DNA of 64,000 nt, taken from NCBI GenBank assembly GCA_963649145.1, contig CAVJGI010000002.1, forward strand, positions 4,105 through 68,104, written 5' to 3'. The first letter of the stretch is position 1, and each line of letters opens with the position of its first letter. The DNA is from Ruminococcus bicirculans (ex Wegman et al. 2014) (GTDB taxonomy: Bacteria > Bacillota > Clostridia > Oscillospirales > Oscillospiraceae). The translations under genes and the position numbers were made by a program. This document shows, piece after piece, positions 27,036 to 34,819 of the stretch. Below the pieces are notes generated by a model. That model was not told the DNA's origin and did not search any database. It saw only the letters and a program-made list of their open reading frames with translations.

Positions 27036-28061
27036 TCAGTCGTCTTCGTCCGGCGTGTCCGCGGCGGGACGGTCCGGGCGGAAATCGCCGAGCGGGTTCG
27101 CGCTCGCGGCGGAGCGGAGCTCGCTGCTGTCGACGTGGGTGTAGATCTGGGTGGTGTTGAGGTTTTCGTGCCCCAGCAGCTCCTGAAGCGTGCGGACGTC
27201 GACGCCGTTTTGCAGCATCAGCGTCGCCGCCGTGTGGCGCAGCTTGTGGGCGGAATACTTGTCCGCGTCCAGCCCGGCGCGCAGGAGGCTTTTTTTGACC
27301 ATGCTGTGGACCGCCTCGCGGCTGAGCCGCCCGTGGCGCGCGGAGAGAAAGAGCGCATTGCTCCGTGCCCCGGCGGTCGGGCGGACGAGCAGGTAGTCGT
27401 TGATGGCGGCGGCGGTGGCGTCATTCAAATAGACGACTCGCTCCTTGCCGCCCTTGCCGAACACGCGGAGATTATCGCTGCGCACGTCGGCGAGGTTCAG
27501 CCCCACGATCTCCGAAATGCGGAGACCGCAGTTTAGGAAGATACATAGAATGCAGTAGTCCCGCTCGCGGAAGCGTCCGTCCACGGCGGAGAGGAGCTGG
27601 CGGCTCTCCTCCAGCGTGAGGTAGCGGGGGAGGGCTTTCGGGATCTTCGGCGAGTCGAGGTCCTGCACGGGGTTTTCCTTCAGGAGCTTCGCCTTGCTCG
27701 TGAGATATTTATAAAAGCTCTTGATGGACGCGATCTTACGCGCGCGGCTCGCCGCGCCGATGCCGTAGCTCGTCTCGCGGCTATGCTGGTTGCGCACGCG
27801 GTCGCGGCTTAAAAACGAAAGGAACGCATACACTTCCGAGAGCGTCACCGAGCCGACAAAATCGAGGTCCACGTCCGCAATGTCGATCTCCTCGATGTCC
27901 GTTCCCGCGGGAACGACGCCGCGGCTTAGCTTCAGATAGCGGAAAAAGGTCCGCAGGTCGAGGAAGTATTCGTCCACGGTGTTCTTCGAGTGCCCGCGGA
28001 TGGTCTCGTGATAGGTGAGGAAGTCCTGTAAAATTTTCGGTGTTCCGGCTCTGTAGTCCAT
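27036..28061 (-). CDS. tyrosine recombinase, XerC/XerD-like
   Basis: The catalytic region has AHKLRHTAAT, LGHENLNTTQIYTHV and an ARxGRLS-type Arg. An SAM-like N-terminal domain is present. ATG at 28061 follows AAGAGG. Confidence 0.8.
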   Translation of the reverse strand: MDYRAGTPKILQDFLTYHETIRGHSKNTVDEYFLDLRTFFRYLKLSRGVVPAGTDIEEIDIADVDLDFVGSVTLSEVYAFLSFLSRDRVRNQHSRETSYGIGAASRARKIASIKSFYKYLTSKAKLLKENPVQDLDSPKIPKALPRYLTLEESRQLLSAVDGRFRERDYCILCIFLNCGLRISEIVGLNLADVRSDNLRVFGKGGKERVVYLNDATAAAINDYLLVRPTAGARSNALFLSARHGRLSREAVHSMVKKSLLRAGLDADKYSAHKLRHTAATLMLQNGVDVRTLQELLGHENLNTTQIYTHVDSSELRSAASANPLGDFRPDRPAADTPDEDD

Positions 28062-28244
28062 CAAACGCGCCTCTTTGTTCCGTAGCTTTTCCACAAACCA
28101 GCGCCGCCAGCGGCGCAGGGTATTTTTATCATTTTAACCGTTTTTTCCGCTTTCGTCAACATTGCAAAAATAATTCTATCTTTTTTGTCGAAAAGGTGGT
28201 ATAGTATCAGCATTCACTTCGTTTTTCCAAAGGAGGCAAACGCT

Positions 28245-29459
28245 ATGAGCATCCAGATGGCTGCCCGTATGGAGCAGGTCCATTCCGATATCCGCGGTCC
28301 CATTTTTGTTGAGGCGAACCGCATGGCTGCGGAGGGGACGCCGATCCTGAAGCTGAACACCGGCAACCCGGCGACCTTCGGCTTTCCGATGCCGGAGAGC
28401 GTTCGCGGCGCGCTGGAGAAAAATCTCGATAAGGCGGTCGCTTACTGCGACTTAAAAGGCATGCCGGAGGCGCGCCGCGCCATCTGCGACTATCATCTCT
28501 CCCGCGGCGTGCAGGGCATCACGCCGGAGAGCATCTTCATCGGCAACGGCGTCAGCGAGATCGCGACGATGATCTCGACCGCGCTCTTCGACTACGGCGA
28601 CGAGATCCTGATCCCGACGCCGAGCTACTCGCTCTGGACCAACGTCGCCTACATCACGGGCAGCAAGCCCGTGCTCTACCGCTGCGATGAGCAAAGCGGC
28701 TGGTATCCCGACGTGGCGGACATCCGACGCAAGATCACGCCGAAGACCAAGGCGATTTTGCTCATCAACCCCAATAACCCCACCGGCGCGGTCTATCCGC
28801 TGGAGGTCCTGCTCGACATCATCAAGCTCGCGTGGGAGCGCGATCTCGTCATCATCTCCGACGAGATCTATGACCGCCTCGTGATGGATGGGCTCACGAC
28901 CTATTCCACCGCCGCGCTCGCGCCGGAGCTGCCGGTCATCACCTGCAACGGGCTCAGCAAGAGCCACATTATCTGCGGCTTCCGCTGCGGCTGGATGTGC
29001 GTCTCCGGTCCGGAGAGCTTCACAAAGCCGATGATCGAGGCGGTGCAGAAGCTCGCCGCCATGCGTCTTTGCGGCAACGCGCTGACCCAGCTCGTCATCC
29101 CCGCCGCGCTCGCCGACAGCGCGAGCACGCAGGCGATGCTCGTCCCCGGCGGCAGACTCTATGAGCAGCGCGAGGCGACCTGCCGCGCACTCGATGAGAT
29201 CCCCGGCATTACTTACGTGAAAAACCACGCCGCGTTCTACCTCTTCCCGCGTGTCGACGCCGCGAAGTTCCACATCACGAGTGACAAGCAGTTCGCGATG
29301 GATGTCCTCCACGCGACGCACATTCTTTTCGTCCCCGGCAGCGGCTTCGACTGGGCAGAGCCGGACCACTTCCGCCTCGTCATGCTCCCGCAGCCGGAGA
29401 TCATGGCCAAGGCGATGGGGGACATCGGAAAATTCCTCGAAACCTATCAGCAGGCGTAA
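28245..29459 (+). CDS. class I/II PLP aminotransferase, AlaA-like (alanine aminotransferase family)
   Basis: DIRGPI...ILKLNTGNPATFGF N-terminus, SKSHIICGFRCGW (PLP lysine), AAAGGAGG RBS. Confidence 0.85.
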   Translation: MSIQMAARMEQVHSDIRGPIFVEANRMAAEGTPILKLNTGNPATFGFPMPESVRGALEKNLDKAVAYCDLKGMPEARRAICDYHLSRGVQGITPESIFIGNGVSEIATMISTALFDYGDEILIPTPSYSLWTNVAYITGSKPVLYRCDEQSGWYPDVADIRRKITPKTKAILLINPNNPTGAVYPLEVLLDIIKLAWERDLVIISDEIYDRLVMDGLTTYSTAALAPELPVITCNGLSKSHIICGFRCGWMCVSGPESFTKPMIEAVQKLAAMRLCGNALTQLVIPAALADSASTQAMLVPGGRLYEQREATCRALDEIPGITYVKNHAAFYLFPRVDAAKFHITSDKQFAMDVLHATHILFVPGSGFDWAEPDHFRLVMLPQPEIMAKAMGDIGKFLETYQQA

Positions 29460-29476
29460 AAACCGCCGCTCATCCC

Positions 29477-29510
29477 GCGTCTGCCGGAACTTTTTTCGGC
29501 AGACGCGGCG
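29477..29510 (+). terminator. intrinsic terminator after the aminotransferase gene
   Basis: CGCGTCTGCCG-loop-CGGCAGACGCG hairpin. Confidence 0.6.
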
Positions 29511-29528
29511 AAAAACGCAAATTCGGCG

Positions 29529-29557
29529 TTGACATTTCCTGCCGATTGTGCTAATAT
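29529..29557 (+). promoter_or_regulatory. sigma-A-type promoter of the tRNA-Ser genes
   Basis: TTGACA, 17-nt spacer, TAATAT (overlapping TATAAT). Confidence 0.65.
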
Positions 29558-29594
29558 AATCGGGCAACTGAAAATCCGTTTTCGAGTTCGGTTT

Positions 29595-29686
29595 GGAGAA
29601 GTACCCAAGAGGCCGAAGGGGCTCCCCTGCTAAGGGAGTAGGGCGTGTTGAGCGCCGCTCGGGTTCAAATCCCGACTTCTCCGCCA
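29595..29686 (+). tRNA. tRNA-Ser (anticodon GCT), type II with long variable arm, CCA encoded
   Basis: Folded by hand. Acceptor stem GGAGAAG/CTTCTCC, anticodon stem-loop CTCCC-CTGCTAA-GGGAG, T-loop GGTTCAAATCC. Confidence 0.9.
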
Positions 29687-29691
29687 CAAGA

Positions 29692-29722
29692 AAGAGACGC
29701 CGAGCGCGGCGTCTCTTTTCTT
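29692..29722 (+). terminator. hairpin plus T-run between the two tRNA-Ser genes
   Basis: GAGACGCCG-AGCG-CGGCGTCTC followed by TTTTCTT. Confidence 0.6.
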
Positions 29723-29742
29723 ATCTATTGCGTTTCCTATCC

Positions 29743-29831
29743 GGAGAGTTACCGAAGCGGTCATAACGGGGCGGTCTTGAAAACCGTTAGGGCGCAAGCC
29801 CACGCGGGTTCGAATCCTGCACTCTCCGCCA
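29743..29831 (+). tRNA. tRNA-Ser (anticodon TGA), type II, CCA encoded
   Basis: Folded by hand. Acceptor stem GGAGAGT/ACTCTCC, anticodon loop CTTGAAA, T-loop GGTTCGAATCC. Confidence 0.9.
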
Positions 29832-29834
29832 CGA

Positions 29835-29866
29835 AAAGAGCACCTGCGTAAGCAAGTGCTCTTTTC
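29835..29866 (+). terminator. intrinsic terminator after the second tRNA-Ser
   Basis: GAGCAC...GTGCTC hairpin followed by TTTTC. Confidence 0.6.
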
Positions 29867-29868
29867 GA

Positions 29869-29969
29869 GTTAAGTGTGCCTTGCGGCACGCTTAACTTCA
29901 CTTCGCGCAAAGCGCGAAGCTTCACCGCGGCGAAGCCGCCGCTTCACTTGGGCGCAGCCCAACCTTCAC
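29869..29969 (+). repeat. array of four short hairpins, each followed by CTTCAC
   Basis: CTTCAC at 29896, 29920, 29942 and 29964 (spacing 24/22/22). The hairpins are GTTAAGTGTGCC-TTGC-GGCACGCTTAAC, CTTCGCGC-AAA-GCGCGAAG, GCGGC-GAA-GCCGC and TTGGGC-GCA-GCCCAA. Confidence 0.8.
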
Positions 29970-29987
29970 GATTCAGGAGGAATCACA

Positions 29988-30470
29988 ATGCTGAACTACA
30001 GAAGGCTCACCGCGGCGGACGATGCGGCGGTGGCAAAGATCATCCGCGATAACTTGGAGGCGCGGCACCTCGATATTCCGGGCACGGCGTATTTTGACCC
30101 GGAGCTCGACCGCCTGAGCGCTTATTATGACGCCGCTCCGCGGACGCGGACTTATTTCGTCGCGCTGGACGAGGCGGGGCAGGTGATCGGCGGCGTCGGC
30201 GCTGCGGAATTTACCGCGATCCCCGGCTGCGCGGAGATCCAGAAGCTCTATCTGAGCGACGGCGCAAAGGGGAGAGGCTGCGGAAAAGAGCTGATGCAGA
30301 TCGCGGAGAATTGGGCGCGCGAAGCCGGATTTCAGCGGCTCTATCTTGAGACGCACAGCAGCCTGAAGGCGGCGGTCGGTCTCTACGAAAAGCTGGGCTT
30401 CCGCGATATCCCGCGCCCGGCGTCCGTCCTCCACGGAACGATGGACCGCTTCTTTCTGAAGGAGCTGTGA
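29988..30470 (+). CDS. GNAT-family N-acetyltransferase
   Basis: Acetyl-CoA-binding pattern (IQKLYLSDGAKGRGCGKELMQ). ATG at 29988 follows AGGAGG. Confidence 0.8.
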   Translation: MLNYRRLTAADDAAVAKIIRDNLEARHLDIPGTAYFDPELDRLSAYYDAAPRTRTYFVALDEAGQVIGGVGAAEFTAIPGCAEIQKLYLSDGAKGRGCGKELMQIAENWAREAGFQRLYLETHSSLKAAVGLYEKLGFRDIPRPASVLHGTMDRFFLKEL

Positions 30471-30471
30471 A

Positions 30472-30508
30472 TAAAAAAGGAAGCGCCCGGCGGCGCTTCC
30501 TTTTTTTC
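30472..30508. terminator. bidirectional terminator between the GNAT gene and pgmB
   Basis: GGAAGCGCC-CGGC-GGCGCTTCC flanked by A-run and T-run. Confidence 0.75.
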
Positions 30509-31147
30509 TTATAGACACACCCGGACCAGCTCTGCGGCGGAGCTGAGGTTCCGGTCGCCGAGCCCTTTTGCCGCGGCGTCGCCGACGCAGGCGAGGGGGA
30601 AGCCCCCGGCGCGGGCGGCTGCGGCGCCGGAGGCGGCATCCTCCACGACGAGGCAGTCCGCGGGCGGGAGCGCGAGCATCTCCGCTGCCTTGAGAAAGAC
30701 CTCCGGGTCCGGCTTCGCGCGGGTGATGCAGCTGCCGTCGCATACGGCGTCGAAGAAGCCGCCGAGACCGAGGCGGTCCAGAATAAAGGGTGCGTTGCGG
30801 CTCGACGAGCCGACGGCGAGGCGCAGCCCGGCGCGCCGCAGCGCGCGGAGCATCTCCGCGACGGCGGGGTCGAGGTCCGCGGGGCTCATCCCGGCGAGCA
30901 GCGCGCGGTAGCGCTCGTTTTTCCGCGCGGCGAGCGATTCCTTCTCCGTGTCGGACCAGCTCCGGCTGCTCTTGGCGAGAATGAGCTCCAGACTTGCCAT
31001 GCGCGAAACGCCGCGCAGCGCGTCGTTGTCCCGGCGGTCAAAGGGGATGCCGAGCTCGTCGGCGAGGCTTTTCCAAGCCTGATAGTGATATTCGTCCGTG
31101 GAGCAGAGCACGCCGTCCAAGTCAAAGATCACAGCGCGAAAACGCAT
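30509..31147 (-). CDS. pgmB: beta-phosphoglucomutase (HAD family)
   Basis: FDLDGVL, EYHYQAWKSLADELGI, RGVSRMASLELIL and KPDPEVFLKAA are near-colinear with L. lactis PgmB. Confidence 0.85.
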   Translation of the reverse strand: MRFRAVIFDLDGVLCSTDEYHYQAWKSLADELGIPFDRRDNDALRGVSRMASLELILAKSSRSWSDTEKESLAARKNERYRALLAGMSPADLDPAVAEMLRALRRAGLRLAVGSSSRNAPFILDRLGLGGFFDAVCDGSCITRAKPDPEVFLKAAEMLALPPADCLVVEDAASGAAAARAGGFPLACVGDAAAKGLGDRNLSSAAELVRVCL

Positions 31148-31165
31148 AGTTTCGCTTCTCCTTTC

Positions 31166-31203
31166 TCAAAAAACGCCCCGGCGCAGCTTCGCTGCACCGG
31201 GGC
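31166..31203 (-). terminator. intrinsic terminator after the ABC ATPase gene (minus strand)
   Basis: GCCCCGGTGCAGC-GAA-GCTGCGCCGGGGC on the minus strand, followed by TTTTTTG. Confidence 0.65.
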
Positions 31204-31218
31204 AAAAAACGCGGAATG

Positions 31219-32856
31219 TCAGAACGTCAGCGAGCCGGAGGCGATGCGCTTACCGCTGCGGCGGTCGAATAGCATGACCTGATCGCCGGAGACGGAGACG
31301 GGAACCTTCGCGCCGATGGTGAACAGCGAGCTGCCGAACACCACGCCGGTCAGCAGGTAGCCGCCGACGCGGACCTTGATGGTGGATTCCATACCGGTCG
31401 GCATCGCACCGTAAATTTCGCCGGAGAGCGAGCCGGTCTCGTCGGAGATGTCGAGGAACTCCGGACGGATGCCGAGCACGAAGTCTTCATTCGTGACGGC
31501 GGGCGCTTCCTGAAGGGCGTCGTCCTCCTCGTCGACCTTGGCGATGTGGTAGCGGAAGACCTCGTCCTTATTGCCCTTTTCGACATAGCCCTTTTCCGCG
31601 GTCTTCGCCTTCAGCGCGGCGGCTTTGTCCGCGTCCGCTTTGTCGCGGGCGGCGAACCATGCGGCGAGGTCGAGCGGCGTGGAGGGGCGGAAGGTCGCCT
31701 TCTCGCCGCCGAGAACAGTGAGCGAGAGACTGCCGTCGGCGTTCTGAGCGCCGCGGGCCTCCACAAAGTTGATGGACGGGTTGCCCACAAAGTCCGCGAC
31801 GAAGAGGTTCGCCGGCTGGTGATAGACGTCCAGTGGGGCCTCGTACTGCTGAAGCACGCCGTTGTCGATGAGGCAGATCTGGGTCGCGAGCGTCATTGCC
31901 TCCATCTGGTCGTGGGTGACGTAGACGAAGGTGGAACCGGTCTCGACGTGCAGACGCTGGAGCTCATAGCGCATTTCGAGGCGGAGCTTCGCGTCGAGGT
32001 TGCTGAGCGGCTCGTCCATAAAGAGTACGGTCGGCTCCGGAGCGAGGGTGCGGGCGATGGCGACGCGCTGCTGCTGACCGCCGGAGAGCTCGGCGGGGTA
32101 GCGGTCCATGAACATACCGATCTTGACGATGCGGCTGACGCGGCGGACAGTGAGGTCGATCTCCTCCTTCGTCAGCTTGCGGGTCGTCAGGATAGGCTCG
32201 CCCCCGCGGGTGAAGCGGAACTCGGCGTCCAGCGGCGTTCCGGCGCTCTCTGCTGCCTTCTTCGCGGCGGCAGTCTTTGCGCGCAGCGTTTCCGCCTCGG
32301 CGGTGACGTCCTTGCCGGACTCCAGATGATAGTCAAAGAGCTTCTTCGCCGTGTACTGGGAGAGGGTGAAGGCGTCGATGAGCTTCAGCACAGCCTTTTT
32401 GCCGTCCAGCTTTCCGTCCTTGTCGCGGCACTCGTCCAGCACCGCACGCACCTCGGCGGGGGAGGAGAGGATCTCGGCAAGGCGGGCGGCGTTTTTCGCC
32501 TCGAAGTCGATCTTCGGCATCGGCTCCTTGACGTTCGCAAGACCGAAGGAGATGTTCTGGTAAACGGTCATGTTGGGCCAGAGCGCATAGTTCTGGAACA
32601 GGAAACCGACGCGGCGCTTGTTCGGCGGGATGTTGATGCCGAGCGCACTGTCGAAAACGACGGTGTCGCCGATGGTGATGCGCCCGCTCGTCGGGGTCTC
32701 AAGACCCGCGATCATACGCAGCGTGGTCGTCTTGCCGCAGCCGGAGGGACCCAGCAGCGTGACGAAGGCGTTGTCGGCGATGGTGAGGCTCAGGTCCTCA
32801 ACGGCGTAGAATTTGCCCCAGCGCTTGGTGACGTGTTCAAGTTTGATTTCAGGCAT
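31219..32856 (-). CDS. ABC transporter ATP-binding protein (MalK/FbpC-like) with a ~120-aa insertion in the helical subdomain
   Basis: Walker A GPSGCGKTT, Q-loop FQNYALWP, signature LSGGQQQR, Walker B LFMDEPLS, H-loop YVTHDQ. About 150 residues separate FGL from LSGGQ, against about 30 in canonical members. Confidence 0.88.
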   Translation of the reverse strand: MPEIKLEHVTKRWGKFYAVEDLSLTIADNAFVTLLGPSGCGKTTTLRMIAGLETPTSGRITIGDTVVFDSALGINIPPNKRRVGFLFQNYALWPNMTVYQNISFGLANVKEPMPKIDFEAKNAARLAEILSSPAEVRAVLDECRDKDGKLDGKKAVLKLIDAFTLSQYTAKKLFDYHLESGKDVTAEAETLRAKTAAAKKAAESAGTPLDAEFRFTRGGEPILTTRKLTKEEIDLTVRRVSRIVKIGMFMDRYPAELSGGQQQRVAIARTLAPEPTVLFMDEPLSNLDAKLRLEMRYELQRLHVETGSTFVYVTHDQMEAMTLATQICLIDNGVLQQYEAPLDVYHQPANLFVADFVGNPSINFVEARGAQNADGSLSLTVLGGEKATFRPSTPLDLAAWFAARDKADADKAAALKAKTAEKGYVEKGNKDEVFRYHIAKVDEEDDALQEAPAVTNEDFVLGIRPEFLDISDETGSLSGEIYGAMPTGMESTIKVRVGGYLLTGVVFGSSLFTIGAKVPVSVSGDQVMLFDRRSGKRIASGSLTF

Positions 32857-32859
32857 GAT

Positions 32860-34689
32860 TTAACCTCCGATTCCCTTGTCGAGGCTCGCGCCCGTGACCT
32901 TGTTGACAAGCGCGTTGCAGACAAGAATGGTGATGATGAGGATCAGGTTGATGCCGCTGGAGAAGGCGTAAAGCCCCATCTCGTCGAAGTAGTCCAGCGT
33001 GGTGGAGAGGATGAAGCCCTGCACGCAGAGCAGCATGAAAAGCGAGAGCTCGCGCAGGCAGGTCATAAACGGCAGCAGGAAGCCGGAGATGATGGAGGAC
33101 TTCTGGATCGGGATGATGATGCGCGTCATGCGCTTCCACCACGGGATGTTCTGGATGATCGCCGCCTCCTCAATCTCGCCGGAGAGCTGGAGCATGGAGT
33201 TCAAGGAGCTGCGGCTCGCGAAGGGGATATACTTGACCGTGCCGGCGATGATGAGCAGCGTGTAGGTGTTGAAGAGGTTCAGCTTCTCCGTCGAGAACAG
33301 GATGAAGAACGCGACGCCGACGGCGATGGAGGGCATCAGATAGGGCAGGAAGGCGATGGAGTTGACGTAGTTCGCCCAGCGGCTGCGGCGGTTTTTGGAG
33401 ACCGCATAGCCGATCATGGTGCCGATGGAGCCGGCGAGCAGCGCGCAGGCGACGGAGGTCAGTATCGTGCCCTTAAAAGCGCGCCAGATGGTTTCGTTAT
33501 ATAGGATACCCTTCTGACCGTACATGCCGTTTTCCGTGATGTTCTCGTTCGTCAGCCACCACTTCGTCGTGAGGTTCGAGGCGTCGCCCGTGTAGAGGAA
33601 GGAGTAGTCGCCGGGGTTCGGGAGGAAGGTCTCGAACGCGAAGGAGATGATGGGGAAGATGCTGGTGAAGAAGGTGATGATGACGAGGATGAGCGCGATG
33701 ACGATGCGTCCGGCTTTGCCGAGACGGATCTTGGAGATCTGCCCGGATTTGCCGGTGACGGTCGTGTAGTTCTTGCGGCTGCGCAGCGAGAACTGGTTGA
33801 GCAGCATGATCGCGACGCCGAAGACCATCATAATGATGGCGAGGATGCTCGCTTCGCCGGTGTACTTGCTGTTCATGGAGATATACTTCGTGCTGAGCGT
33901 GCTGAGTCCGAGATAGTGCGGCACGGGGTAAGAGCCCATCGCGCTGCCGAACACGAGCAATATCGTGGACAGAATGGCGGGCTTCACGAGCGGGAGCGTC
34001 ACGCGGAACATGGTGCGCCATTTCGGGGTGTCCAGAATGGTCGCGGCTTCCTCAAGGTTCGCGTCCATATTCCGGAAAATGCCGCCGATGAGGATATAGG
34101 CGAAGGGCGCGTAGTGCAGACCCAGCACCATCAGGCTCGGAAACAGGCCCTTGCACCACCACATCGGCATATTGATGCCGAAGAGCGCGGCGAGCAGACC
34201 GTTGCTCGTGCCGGTGACGGCGTTGGAGTTGAAGAGGTTCTGCCACACGACGGCGAGCGTCCACTGCGGCATAATGTAGGGGAAAATGAAGATGGAGCTC
34301 AGATATTTTCTCCAAGCGAGGTCCGTGCGCGTGATGAGAAACGCGAACAGCCCGCCGAAGATAATGGACACCACGCAGGTGCCGAAGGCGAGCAGGACGG
34401 TGTTGAGCAGCGGCGTCCAGAGGTTCGTCTTGGCAAGGCGGCTGGTGAAAAGGTCTACGTAGTTGACAACGGTGTAGCCGGAGGACTGGCCCGTCAGGTG
34501 GGCGTCGATCGTGCCGGCATGGATCTTGAAGGTGTCCTCCACGATGGCGACGATGGGGGCGACCGTTGTAAAGGTCAGGATGATGCCGAGCAGCACGAGG
34601 ATGACGTTGTGCGGCTTGGAAAAGAAGGTCTTGAGCTTGTTTAGGATGATCGTGCCTTGGCTTGCGCGGAGGGTGGTTGACTCGTTCAT
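32860..34689 (-). CDS. fused two-domain ABC permease (FbpB/AfuB-like, ~12 TM)
   Basis: 609 aa and polytopic, with two BPD-type permease halves. It lies between the ATPase and the binding-protein genes. Confidence 0.85.
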   Translation of the reverse strand: MNESTTLRASQGTIILNKLKTFFSKPHNVILVLLGIILTFTTVAPIVAIVEDTFKIHAGTIDAHLTGQSSGYTVVNYVDLFTSRLAKTNLWTPLLNTVLLAFGTCVVSIIFGGLFAFLITRTDLAWRKYLSSIFIFPYIMPQWTLAVVWQNLFNSNAVTGTSNGLLAALFGINMPMWWCKGLFPSLMVLGLHYAPFAYILIGGIFRNMDANLEEAATILDTPKWRTMFRVTLPLVKPAILSTILLVFGSAMGSYPVPHYLGLSTLSTKYISMNSKYTGEASILAIIMMVFGVAIMLLNQFSLRSRKNYTTVTGKSGQISKIRLGKAGRIVIALILVIITFFTSIFPIISFAFETFLPNPGDYSFLYTGDASNLTTKWWLTNENITENGMYGQKGILYNETIWRAFKGTILTSVACALLAGSIGTMIGYAVSKNRRSRWANYVNSIAFLPYLMPSIAVGVAFFILFSTEKLNLFNTYTLLIIAGTVKYIPFASRSSLNSMLQLSGEIEEAAIIQNIPWWKRMTRIIIPIQKSSIISGFLLPFMTCLRELSLFMLLCVQGFILSTTLDYFDEMGLYAFSSGINLILIITILVCNALVNKVTGASLDKGIGG

Positions 34690-34819
34690 GGCTTCCTCCT
34701 CTCAGATTTTCGGAGCCGGGGGCGTTTTGGAAAGGAAGCGCCCTTGGATGCTTATGATCCAAGGGCGCTTTGCTTTAACTTGAATATTTCAGCGCCGGGG
34801 AAGGGGTAGCTTAGCGCTT

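Noticed and set aside
27036-28061. Xer-like tyrosine recombinase considered as a marker of an integrated mobile element.
   Set aside because: I could find no flanking direct repeats, phage or conjugation genes, or GC shift around it. It sits 33 nt upstream of the MBOAT gene, like a resident chromosomal gene. A link to the terminator-proximal inserts remains speculative.
29595-29975. tRNA-Ser genes as an integration site for a genomic island.
   Set aside because: There is no duplicated tRNA 3' end downstream, no integrase, and the following genes have host-like GC. Only the hairpin array is unusual, and it is reported separately.
31546-33504. 652-aa plus-strand ORF across the ABC ATPase and permease genes, and similar large antisense ORFs (34940..36328, 36306..37511, 43390..44667, 58729..60090, 60139..62385).
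   Set aside because: Each is antisense to a gene with clear family motifs. None has an RBS, the composition is the biased R/A/G/D type, and several span two real genes.
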